Below are positions 47,687 through 55,980 of a stretch of 64,000 nucleotides of DNA, one piece after another; within the stretch, counting starts at the first letter, position 1; every line of letters begins with the position of its first letter. Source of the DNA: Candidatus Bathyarchaeum sp. (GTDB lineage: Archaea > Thermoproteota > Bathyarchaeia > Bathyarchaeales > Bathyarchaeaceae); contig JAFGGM010000051.1 in assembly GCA_016930555.1 (NCBI GenBank), positions 4,715 to 68,714 on the forward strand, read 5' to 3'. Under the pieces are notes generated by a model, which did no database searches, had not been told where the DNA came from, and worked only from the letters and a program-made list of their open reading frames with translations. Position numbers and translations under genes: made by a program.

Positions 47687-47893
47687 TAGTCTTCCTCTCA
47701 GAAACTTATGGGCATATTGTTGGTTTTGAGCATTACGTCACTTATTTATATTTTCTTCACGGCGAGGTAACTTGTTAGTTGCTTTGAGGGACTCTTCTTG
47801 GTTAGCCATGAAACCTGTGACATTATCAGCAGTCAATATTTTGATTTCATAAAGCTTTTTTTATTTTTGATACTGATTTAATTTGTGGAAACA

Positions 47894-48040
47894 ATGAGCA
47901 AAAGGAAATTACATTACGGAGTACGCCTAACTACGGACCAACTAAAATACTTGAAAACTGTGGGCAAACCTTCCGAGTGGATACGGCAAGCAGTAGACGA
48001 AAAAAAAAGACGCGAAGAAATTAACCGCAGATCAAAATAA
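47894..48040 (+). CDS. Small ribbon-helix-helix (CopG/Arc-like) protein, unlisted 48-aa ORF
   Basis: MSKRKLHYGVRLTTDQLKYLKTVGKPSEWIRQAVDEKKRREEINRRSK. The basic beta-strand segment (GVRLT) followed by helix-turn-helix-length helices is the usual RHH layout. It is too short for the track. Confidence 0.4.
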   Translation: MSKRKLHYGVRLTTDQLKYLKTVGKPSEWIRQAVDEKKRREEINRRSK

Positions 48041-48260
48041 GCAAGCAAAAAAATCAGCAACCATATAATCCACGACAACAATCCCCAAAAGCAGATAAAA
48101 TAATATCGTTTTTCAGAACATAAGCTTAACATTTTGTGAAATAAATATAGGCAACTTTGCTCTCACCTACCGCAAACTAACTATTAAGAATAAACATGTA
48201 TAAAAAGTCAAAAAATTTCTGTCGGAAAAATTCTTTTTGAAAAGCTTTTTCCTCAAGAAA

Positions 48261-48300
48261 GTGTCGGATTCATTAAACATGATGGTTTTTAGTCCGACAC
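48261..48300. promoter_or_regulatory. Perfect 8-bp inverted repeat abutting the fae-hps TATA box (candidate operator)
   Basis: GTGTCGGA (48261-48268) and TCCGACAC (48293-48300) are separated by 24 nt. A third half-site, TGTCGGA, is at 48220-48226. The TATA-like TTTTTATAT starts at 48302. Confidence 0.4.
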
Positions 48301-48301
48301 A

Positions 48302-48310
48302 TTTTTATAT
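48302..48310 (+). promoter_or_regulatory. TATA-like box for the long form of fae-hps
   Basis: TTTTTATAT lies about 40 nt upstream of the ATG at 48346, inside an AT-rich 300-bp intergenic region. Confidence 0.4.
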
Positions 48311-48345
48311 GTGATCTGTGAAATGCTCTCATCGAGAGTGATAAT

Positions 48346-49794
48346 ATGTCGGAATATGGCGGTAAAAAACCAGAAACAAAAGAAGAATTCATCAGATTGC
48401 TGGCGACAGCCAAGAAAGAGGAAAGAAAACTAAGAAGGACACAAGGGAGTAGGTCATCAAAACCGACAATTAAGGGTACTGCCGAGATTTTAGGAATTCA
48501 CCGTGATACCCTTTATCAGTGGATGAGAGAGTTTGATGTTGACTTTTCAGAAGTCAATGAAAGAAAACTAGTTTTTGAAGAAGCCATCAAACCCAAAGAG
48601 CACACATATCTGATTGGTGAGGCGCTAATTGGTGACGGAAACGAAATTGCTCACATCGATTTGTTGATTGGAGACAAAACAGGACCCATCGGGCAAGCCT
48701 TCGCTAATGGCTTATCAAACTTATCTGCCGGGCACACACCCCTTCTTGCAGTTATAAGACCAAATCTGCCACCAAAACCTCACACACTTCTGGTGCCGAA
48801 GGTTACTGTGAAAAATATGGAGCAGACAGGAAAAATTTTTGGTCCTGCTCAGGCGGCAGTAGCAAAGGCGGTTGCTGATGCTGTAGAGGAAGGAATTATT
48901 CCAGAGAATAAGGTTGACGATTGGGTGATCATATGCAGCGTCTTCATTCATCCTCAAGCTAAGGATTACCGCAGCATCTACCACTACAATTATGGAGCCA
49001 CAAAACTGGCGCTACAGAGAGCGTTAGACAATTATCCATCACTACAGAAGATAATGTATGATAAGGACAGGGCAAAGCATCCGATAATGGGCTTCAAAGT
49101 CCCTAGATTATGGAGACCTCCTTACCTTCAGATAGCTCTAGACAATCCTAACTTGGAAGGCGTCAAGAAAATCATAGGTGGACTACCAGAAAGTGACAGG
49201 ATCATACTTGAGGTCGGCACACCCTTGCTTAAGAAGTACGGCGTGAACGTCATTCGCGACATACGAAAAGTATCAAAAGACATGTTCATCGTAGCAGACC
49301 TAAAGACGCTGGACGTTGGAAAAGTCGAGGTTGACATGGCCTATGAGGAAACAGCAGATGCTGTAGTAGTCGCAGGTTTAGCAACCTCAGAAACCATTGA
49401 TAAATTCATCAAAGAGGCAAAAAGGCTGGGCATCTACGCAGTAATGGATCTGATGAACGTTGACGATCCTGTTGCAAAGCTTAAGTCACTTCAGAAATTG
49501 CCCGACGTAGCAATTCTGCACAGAGCCATAGATGCTGAGAAGACAGGCAAGACACGATGGGAACTAATCAAAGAGATGAGGCAAACATTTCAAGGTCATA
49601 AGTTTTTGATAGCAGTTGCTGGCGGAATAACTCCTGATACTGCGCCTGAAGCGTTGGCAAACGGAGCAGACATCATTATTGTGGGACGATATATAACACA
49701 ATCTAAGGATGTGGAACGGGCAACTAGAGAATTCCTGAAGAGCACACGAGAAATGGCAGAAGACATAGATCTTTTCAGAGTCCACGTGGAATAA
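48346..49794 (+). CDS. fae-hps: Formaldehyde-activating enzyme / 3-hexulose-6-phosphate synthase fusion with an extra N-terminal HTH segment
   Basis: The Fae core is [27 protein letters not shown]...[13 protein letters not shown]. The Hps/OMPDC-like half is [14 protein letters not shown]...[10 protein letters not shown]...[10 protein letters not shown]...IIIVGRYIT. Residues about 40-65 ([23 protein letters not shown]) form a classic HTH. Confidence 0.85.
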   Translation: MSEYGGKKPETKEEFIRLLATAKKEERKLRRTQGSRSSKPTIKGTAEILGIHRDTLYQWMREFDVDFSEVNERKLVFEEAIKPKEHTYLIGEALIGDGNEIAHIDLLIGDKTGPIGQAFANGLSNLSAGHTPLLAVIRPNLPPKPHTLLVPKVTVKNMEQTGKIFGPAQAAVAKAVADAVEEGIIPENKVDDWVIICSVFIHPQAKDYRSIYHYNYGATKLALQRALDNYPSLQKIMYDKDRAKHPIMGFKVPRLWRPPYLQIALDNPNLEGVKKIIGGLPESDRIILEVGTPLLKKYGVNVIRDIRKVSKDMFIVADLKTLDVGKVEVDMAYEETADAVVVAGLATSETIDKFIKEAKRLGIYAVMDLMNVDDPVAKLKSLQKLPDVAILHRAIDAEKTGKTRWELIKEMRQTFQGHKFLIAVAGGITPDTAPEALANGADIIIVGRYITQSKDVERATREFLKSTREMAEDIDLFRVHVE

Positions 49795-49839
49795 AAGGGA
49801 ACGAAATCCCTTTTTCTCTTCTCCATTTTTTGTTTGTTT

Positions 49840-50218
49840 TTAGCTTTTTTTGGCTATCGCGTCGATTTCCAATCGCACTCCCTCTATGAGACCAGCCTGC
49901 AATGTGGTTCGTGCGGGCGGATTTTGTCAAAATATTTGCTTTAAACCATGTTGAAGTTCTGGAAGTCTTTGAGGTCACTGAGGAACACAGAAGTTTTGAT
50001 AACGTCAGTTAAGTTTAGGTCAACGCTTTTGAGGATGTTCTTTAAGTTCTGTAGCATCTGACGGGTCTGTGCCTCAATTCTCCATCGACAATTTTTTTGG
50101 ATTTTGGGTCAATGAAAATTTGTCCAGAAATGAAGAGGAAGTCGTCATTGATTACTGCCTGCGAGTACTAACCTACAGGTTTGGGAGCTTTTTGCGTGAA
50201 ACCGATTCTTTTGATCAA
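49840..50218 (-). pseudogene. RidA/YjgF (L-PSP endoribonuclease family) pseudogene
   Basis: Stitched translation: (M)IKRIGFTQKAPKPVG*YSQAVINDDFLFISGQIFIDPKSKKIVDGE/(I)EAQTRQMLQNLKNILKSVDLNLTDVIKTSVFLSDLKDFQNFNMV*SKYFDK/(N)PPARTTLQAGLIEGVRLEIDAIAKKS*. The in-frame TAG is at 50168-50170 and the TAA at 49941-49943. One-nt deletions lie near 50078 and 49923. Confidence 0.75.
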
Positions 50219-50359
50219 TCAAATCAGTCCTCGTTAAGTTTTCGGTTGAAAGATAGTATATTGTTCGGAAATTGGTGGAAGCGAGTTGCTTAGTTTAAAA
50301 AATAAACAGATGTTTTAAATTTGGGAAACCATATTAACAAAAAAGGTTGGTGAAATAGT

Positions 50360-50776
50360 ATGCCTACAATTAAAGTAAGAGCAAAATTGATTGAAAACGT
50401 CCAATCAATAGCCGATAACACAAGAGGACATAGTATAGTTTTGGATTTGGGAGCAGCAAAAGGTGGAGACAATACTGGGCCATCAGCATTGGAGCTGGCG
50501 ATCATGTCTCTAGCTGACTGTGCTGTAACAATATTTGCTGACGTTGCCAAAAAAAGCAATATTGAAATTAGCGCAATGGAAGTTATTGCTGAGGCAGACA
50601 AGCCCGAGGACTCGCCCAAATTAAATGGTGTTACCATTAAAGTCACTGTTAAATCTAAAGAAAGAGAACAGAAACTCAACGCTGTCTGGAGGAGAACTGA
50701 AGCTAACTGTCCTGTCGTATCTATCTTCCAAGATAATATACCTATAAAAGTCGAGTTCGAAACAGTCGCTGAATAG
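50360..50776 (+). CDS. OsmC/Ohr-family peroxiredoxin-like protein
   Basis: 138 aa. GPSALELAIMSLADCAVTIF...TEANCPVVSIF carries the two conserved Cys regions of OsmC. Confidence 0.8.
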   Translation: MPTIKVRAKLIENVQSIADNTRGHSIVLDLGAAKGGDNTGPSALELAIMSLADCAVTIFADVAKKSNIEISAMEVIAEADKPEDSPKLNGVTIKVTVKSKEREQKLNAVWRRTEANCPVVSIFQDNIPIKVEFETVAE

Positions 50777-50791
50777 TTCTCTTTATTCAGC
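50768..50791 (+). terminator. Hairpin spanning the OsmC stop codon
   Basis: GCTGAATA (50768-50775), an 8-nt loop, then TATTCAGC (50784-50791). A second weak hairpin, GACCA-T6-TGGTC, lies at 50811-50826. Confidence 0.35.
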
Positions 50792-51106
50792 GAATATCTA
50801 TCAATATTTCGACCATTTTTTTGGTCATGTTACTTCGAAGAAGTTGATTGAGTAAAAGTGGCCACTTTATCTGCAGAACCCAGTTGAATGTTGTGAGTAT
50901 TTGGAGAAAATTCGTTACCAAAGAATCTTCCAAGATGTTCTTGATCAATGTTAGGAAACAGCAAAGAAATTTTGAGGGCTCAATGGAAAACTTGCAGCAT
51001 ATTCTACATGTAGAAGAGTCTCTGGAGAGGTTAATGGCTGAAATGATCTAGCAGAAAAGTTTTTAGCTGCAACGAAACGTGTCAATGACTAAAGATAGGG
51101 TTTATT

Positions 51107-51931
51107 ATGAAATTCGTTGATGCTCACATTCATCTTGCAGACAGCAGATATTTCCAGAATCTTGAAGAAGTTGTGGCAGGCGCAAAAGAATCAAATGTTT
51201 TTGTTTTAGTCGCCAATTCCACGGACCTAGAGTCAAGTCGTCAAAGCCTTGAGTTAGCAGATAGGCATCCTGACTACGTGTATGCTGCATTGGGAATACA
51301 CCCGTGGAACACAAAACAGCTAAAACCAAACGAGGTGCAGGACACTATTAACCTAATTTTTGAGAATGCAGAAAACAGGCAAAGAATGGTTGCTGTTGGG
51401 GAGATAGGATTAGATTCCAGTTATTCCAGAAGCGGAGAACCCACAGAAATTCAGATGCAAGTCTTCCATGAGATGCTTTCTGTTGCTGAGAAAACGTCTT
51501 TACCTGTGATAATCCATTCCCGAGGTACCACCACCCAAATCGTGAGCATGCTCCCATCATATAAAATCGAAAAAGTTTTATTGCATTGGTTCAGCCAACC
51601 TCACAGCTTAATTGAGACAATAGTCGACCGTGGCTACTACATCACTGAGGGTCCGCCGTCAGTGTTTGCAAACGGCATCCGAGAAGTCATCCGTCGTATG
51701 CCCTTAACCAGGATTATGACAGAAACGGATGGTCCTGTCCGATTCAGGGGACCATTTAAAGATAAGCTGACCACGCCTTCCTTTATTCCCGCTGTGGTTG
51801 AAGCAATAGCTGAGTTAAAAGGACAAGAGAAAAGTGTGGTTGCAGACCAGATTTTCCATAATTTTGTTAACTTTTTTGGCGTAGAAGGCGTAAGGGATAA
51901 AAGGCATGATGAGGGGACAATTCAGGACTAA
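51107..51931 (+). CDS. tatD: TatD-family metal-dependent hydrolase
   Basis: 274 aa with MKFVDAHIHL, GEIGLD and the IHSR motif typical of TatD. Confidence 0.85.
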   Translation: MKFVDAHIHLADSRYFQNLEEVVAGAKESNVFVLVANSTDLESSRQSLELADRHPDYVYAALGIHPWNTKQLKPNEVQDTINLIFENAENRQRMVAVGEIGLDSSYSRSGEPTEIQMQVFHEMLSVAEKTSLPVIIHSRGTTTQIVSMLPSYKIEKVLLHWFSQPHSLIETIVDRGYYITEGPPSVFANGIREVIRRMPLTRIMTETDGPVRFRGPFKDKLTTPSFIPAVVEAIAELKGQEKSVVADQIFHNFVNFFGVEGVRDKRHDEGTIQD

Positions 51932-51961
51932 AATAATGAAGCTCTGACTGGAGGACGAAGT

Positions 51962-52180
51962 TTGGGAAAAGTACGCACTGAACAAGTGAAGAGGATAGCC
52001 CGAGAGCTACTTGACAGGTATCCAAGTAAATTTTCTGCGGATTTTGAAAAGAACAAAAAGCTTGTGAATGATTACACAAACATTTCTTCAATAAAACTCA
52101 GGAATAAAGTAGCTGGTTACACTGCTCGATTGGCAGCTGCAATGTATGGTCCTGAAGTTCAAGAATCTGAAGAAGAATAG
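51962..52180 (+). CDS. rps17e: 30S ribosomal protein S17e
   Basis: (M)GKVRTEQVKRIARELLDRYPSKFSADFEKNKKLV...KLRNKVAGY. It has a TTG start preceded by GGAGG at 51950-51954. Confidence 0.9.
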   Translation: MGKVRTEQVKRIARELLDRYPSKFSADFEKNKKLVNDYTNISSIKLRNKVAGYTARLAAAMYGPEVQESEEE

Positions 52181-52289
52181 ACAATTGTCAAGAAGATACA
52201 CTCGGTTCTATCTTCCAAGTTCTGTAAAAAATTTTTAACAACCTGCATATTCCATAGATAAAGGAGCAAGTGTAAAGAGGGAAAACTGA

Positions 52290-52664
52290 TTGCTAACAAT
52301 GGATGGATATCGAAAAGGCTGGGCTAACCGTTACCTCAGAGAGGCAAGGGCAGAGTTGATTGCCGCTAAAAAAACTCCTTACATGGCAGCGGGTTTCATC
52401 ATTGAAGCCTTGACTAAAGCCCAGGCAGCCATCTATTACAGCCTCGGAGACCCAGCGTTTATCGTGCCAATAGTCCATGAAACCTTCCGCACCGGACAGC
52501 ATGTTAATGAGCCAATTTTGAATTTTCTTGTCGAGATCGAAAAAACTCTTCAACATTTAGCTCAAGAACCTAATACGGACAATGAAAAGACTATGAAGCA
52601 AGTGAATGACATAATCGAGTTCACGTCTGAGATAGTCAAGCTTTTCGGAGGCGAAAGCTCATAA
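52290..52664 (+). CDS. Hypothetical helical protein (HEPN-like four-helix bundle?)
   Basis: 124 aa, predicted all-helical (ANRYLREARAELIAAKK...). It has only an R-x3-H (RTGQH), not the canonical HEPN R-x4-6-H, so the assignment is weak. Confidence 0.3.
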   Translation: MLTMDGYRKGWANRYLREARAELIAAKKTPYMAAGFIIEALTKAQAAIYYSLGDPAFIVPIVHETFRTGQHVNEPILNFLVEIEKTLQHLAQEPNTDNEKTMKQVNDIIEFTSEIVKLFGGESS

Positions 52665-52683
52665 TTTACGAGAGAACAGAACG

Positions 52684-52977
52684 ATGTCTGTCACTGTAGA
52701 AATTAGGTTCATGGGAATATTCCAGCAGCTTTCTGGAAAAAAAAGTTTAAAGTTGAAGTTGATGGAGCCAGCAACCGTCAGAAAACTGGTTATCAAACTT
52801 ACTGAAACATTTTCCTCCGAGTTCAAACGTGTTCTTATTGATTCACAGCTTAATGACGCCAGACCAAATGCTCTGATCCTTGTTGGAGGAAAAGAAATCA
52901 ATGTGCTACAGGGACTTGAAACGAAAATCAAAGACTCTGAAGAAATTGTTTTTCTTCCAATGGTTCATGGCGGTTGA
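52684..52977 (+). CDS. MoaD/ThiS-family ubiquitin-like protein (SAMP-like) ending in Gly-Gly
   Basis: 97 aa. The C-terminus ...DSEEIVFLPMVHGG* and the LILVGGKEI pattern are typical of MoaD/SAMP beta-grasp proteins. Confidence 0.75.
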   Translation: MSVTVEIRFMGIFQQLSGKKSLKLKLMEPATVRKLVIKLTETFSSEFKRVLIDSQLNDARPNALILVGGKEINVLQGLETKIKDSEEIVFLPMVHGG

Positions 52978-53491
52978 CTCACTTAATTGTTCCAAATTTT
53001 ACTCATTTTTTCCCTCGTTAGCCCATATTAAGATGTAAACATGAAAACTTGACACAAAAACAGTTCATCTCATTTATATGCTTAATAAAGGTTCTCACAT
53101 GTAACATTAAATTATATTGTAGGGTACCAAAAAGCTTGTCAAATTAACCCCTCTTCCCTTGAGCAGATGTTAATCCTTTTTTTGATAATGCATATAGACC
53201 AGCAACCCATTATTGCGTCATTGCCCGAATTGGGGAGCACGCTTGGATAGACCGACATGGCACGGTCAACTGTTCAGCAGTTGGCTATGGCTTGTCTCAC
53301 GCGATCATATCAACTGAGGCTGGTTGTGGTTGGCAACTGGATGGCTGATTATGCTTAGTTAATCTGCCTGGGCTTTGACCCTTTTCGGGTATTTCCATTT
53401 TAGGCAAAACTAACTTATGTAAAGGTTAGACGCTGGAACGTAGCTAAAGCTAACCGACTTGACCACGATCTAAAAACTGGAAGTGTGTTGT

Positions 53492-53989
53492 TTACTTTGC
53501 AGAAATTGGCAGTTTTCTTGACATGAGGTAAGCGTTTTCGCCGTCCGCATAGTAGTTTCTGAGGGTTCGCGACTTTTCAAACCCCAATTTCTTGTAAAGT
53601 CCTAAAGCAGCCAGATTGCTTGTTCTGACTTCCAGGTAGCATTCTTTTGCGTTGTAGTTTGTCATTGCTTGGGTAGCTTCCAACATCAGTGAGTAGCCAA
53701 TTCCTTTCTGCTGATGTTTAGGCAAGACAGCTAGTGATATGACGTGGCCCTTCTTTGTTACTCCTAACAATTTGAAATTAGGAACTCCAGTTTCTATGCG
53801 ACTCATGATGTAGCCTACTAGTTCTTTGTTAATTTCGGCAACGATGAAGGCTTGGGGGTACCGTTTGTAAAGGTTCATGAAAAAAAGTGGTGTGTAGTTT
53901 TCGGGAAGACAGTCTCTGTTTATTCGAATTACTTCTTCTAAATCAGATGGCTTAAACGGTCTGAATCTGTATTTAATTTCCAAAACCAT
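53492..53989 (-). CDS. rimI: GNAT N-acetyltransferase (RimI / archaeal Ard1-type)
   Basis: 165 aa with the acetyl-CoA-binding motif LAVLPKHQQKGIGYSLM. Confidence 0.8.
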   Translation of the reverse strand: MVLEIKYRFRPFKPSDLEEVIRINRDCLPENYTPLFFMNLYKRYPQAFIVAEINKELVGYIMSRIETGVPNFKLLGVTKKGHVISLAVLPKHQQKGIGYSLMLEATQAMTNYNAKECYLEVRTSNLAALGLYKKLGFEKSRTLRNYYADGENAYLMSRKLPISAK

Positions 53990-54322
53990 ACTAAACCACG
54001 TCTTCTCTTTGCCTCTGTTTAACTAGAGCTTGAATGCATAAGTAAACAAAAGTAAATATACTTTTTCGTAAAGCAAGGGAATGCTAAACCGATGGAAAAG
54101 ATAACCTGATTGATTAACAAAAGAGCTATTGAAGTATATTTAATCCACTAAATGATCAGAGTTTCTGTTTAATCCTTAAACTGATAAAAATGGGTTTACT
54201 TTCACTCATCTCTCCCCCCTTCATAGTCATACGTTACTCCACATACCTTAAAACCGCTCACAGCGAAATCGATGTCAAACAACTAACATTATAACTCAAC
54301 AATTAGAAAGGTGATAGATTAA

Positions 54323-55273
54323 ATGGAAGATAATGATTTGAAAAATCTCCCCGGTGTGGGACCAGCCACAGCCAACAAACTCAAAAACTCTGGATTCACA
54401 ACCCCCGAAGCAATCTCTGTAACACCACCCAAAGAAATATCCGAAAAAACAGGAATCGGATTCAACACTGTCCTAAACATCGTAAAAGCCGCCAGAGAAA
54501 AACTGGGTGTTGACTTCATAACCGCAGAAGATCTATGGAAAAAAAGGCAGGACATGCTCAGATGCTCAATAGGGTCCAACAACCTGAATGAGCTTATGGG
54601 TGGCGGAATCGAAACCCAAGCCATGACCGAACTCGTAGGCGAGTATGGAGTAGGGAAAACCCAGATCTGTTTATCCCTTTGCGTTAGGGTCCAGTTGCAA
54701 ACAGAAGAGGGAGGACTAGATGGTACCGCAGTTTATATCGATACCGAAGGGACATTCATCCCAGAACGAGTTTACCAAATAGCTGAATCTCTCGGACTTG
54801 ACCCTCACAAAACCCTAGGCAACATTTTTCTAGCCAGAGCATACAATACTAGCCACCAGGAACTACTGACAGATCATCTCTACAAGTTTTGTCCAGAAAA
54901 CAACGTGAAATTGGTTGTCGTTGATTCGATGATTGGGCACTTTAGAGGCGAATATGTGGGAAGAGAAAATCTTTCAGAACGCCAGCAGAAACTGAACAGC
55001 CAACTCCACAAACTCCTTAGGCTAACAGAAGCATACAATCTGTCAGTTGTAATCACAAATCAGGTTCAGGCTAATCCCACAGCATTTTTTGGAGATCCCA
55101 ACAGACCAGCAGGTGGAAACGTTATGGCACATGCATCCACCCACCGCGTCTACCTCAGGAAAGGAGGAAAAGGAACCAGAATCGCTACAGTCATAGACTC
55201 TCCATATCTTCCCGAAGAAAAAGTGCGATTCAAGATCACAGAAAAAGGCGTTGAAGATGCAGAAGAAGATTGA
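54323..55273 (+). CDS. radA: DNA repair and recombination protein RadA
   Basis: 316 aa with an N-terminal HhH (LPGVGPATANKL), Walker A (GEYGVGKTQ) and Walker B (LVVVDS). A GGTGAT SD-like element lies upstream. Confidence 0.95.
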   Translation: MEDNDLKNLPGVGPATANKLKNSGFTTPEAISVTPPKEISEKTGIGFNTVLNIVKAAREKLGVDFITAEDLWKKRQDMLRCSIGSNNLNELMGGGIETQAMTELVGEYGVGKTQICLSLCVRVQLQTEEGGLDGTAVYIDTEGTFIPERVYQIAESLGLDPHKTLGNIFLARAYNTSHQELLTDHLYKFCPENNVKLVVVDSMIGHFRGEYVGRENLSERQQKLNSQLHKLLRLTEAYNLSVVITNQVQANPTAFFGDPNRPAGGNVMAHASTHRVYLRKGGKGTRIATVIDSPYLPEEKVRFKITEKGVEDAEED

Positions 55274-55274
55274 T

Positions 55275-55682
55275 CTAGTCGATTTGTAAAGTCGCCTCTT
55301 CGACTGAATTATCCAATAACTGGTATGCAGCTAGTTCGCTATCAGTTAAAGATAGAATTAACCAGAGGGTGTTCCCCCATAATCTCATGCCTTCGAGGTC
55401 AGTGGACGAAGGAGCAGCGGGTGCAGGATGCGAATGAAATACACCAATAAACTCTAGGTCTTCTTTCATTGCTTCAGTGAAGGCGGCAGCAACCTTTTCA
55501 GGGTCTATCTGAAATTTTATTGGAGATTCAAGCTTATTTTTGGCAAAATCAATTTTTTTTACAACAGCTTGGTCTTGATGAAGTTTTCCAAAGATCAAGG
55601 CACAAGCTTCAATGGGCTGTACTTTCTCTGCTTCTTGATTCAATAAACTAACATGCCGGCGCTGTAACCGTAAAATCAACAA
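55275..55682 (-). CDS. JAB1/MPN/Mov34 (JAMM) metalloprotease
   Basis: 135 aa with a JAMM-like motif (FHSHPAPAAPSSTD) and an upstream Glu (PIEACALIFG). Confidence 0.75.
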   Translation of the reverse strand: MLILRLQRRHVSLLNQEAEKVQPIEACALIFGKLHQDQAVVKKIDFAKNKLESPIKFQIDPEKVAAAFTEAMKEDLEFIGVFHSHPAPAAPSSTDLEGMRLWGNTLWLILSLTDSELAAYQLLDNSVEEATLQID

Positions 55683-55980
55683 ACTTCACTCCATTTTCAA
55701 TATAGTATTATGCCTGACGTTGTTTTAGCTTTTTTTGGGGGAGTGATAACTTTGGATGTGTAAGTTTTTGTGGTGGCTGACTCCTTGTTTTGTTACCTCT
55801 TCCTGCAGAATGCTGTCCCATTCTTGTCTGATTTTAAAAGTTCGAGTAATGGTCTTTTTTCGGTTATCAAAACCACTGGCTTTTCTCACGTTTGAAAACA
55901 GCTCTATTACTCCCCAAAAATAACTAATGCTCGACTTTAGAATAATACTTAGTTATTTGTTTAGAAATTTTACTGCCAGC

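Noticed and set aside
47914-48132. A 72-aa minus-strand ORF in the glyA/fae-hps spacer.
   Set aside because: It is a hydrophobic, low-complexity translation of AT-rich DNA. It overlaps, in antisense, the more plausible 48-aa RHH ORF.
50069-50293. A 74-aa plus-strand ORF, and the 67-aa minus-strand ORF at 49775-49978.
   Set aside because: Both are artefacts of the decayed RidA locus. One is antisense to it, and the other is an out-of-frame fragment of it.
50848-51051. A 67-aa TTG-initiated ORF between osmC and tatD.
   Set aside because: It has no family resemblance, a weak start context and no RBS. It was left unannotated, although the 330-bp gap could host a small gene.
53188-53358. A short reading frame with an in-frame TAG (MHIDQQPIIASLPELGSTLG*TDMARSTVQQLAMACLTRSYQL...) that could be read as a pyrrolysine/readthrough gene or a broken HTH gene.
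   Set aside because: It is only about 56 codons, has no RBS or family match, and there are no pyl genes in view. A chance ORF in a GC-richer spacer is more likely. The region is reported only as an unexplained gap.
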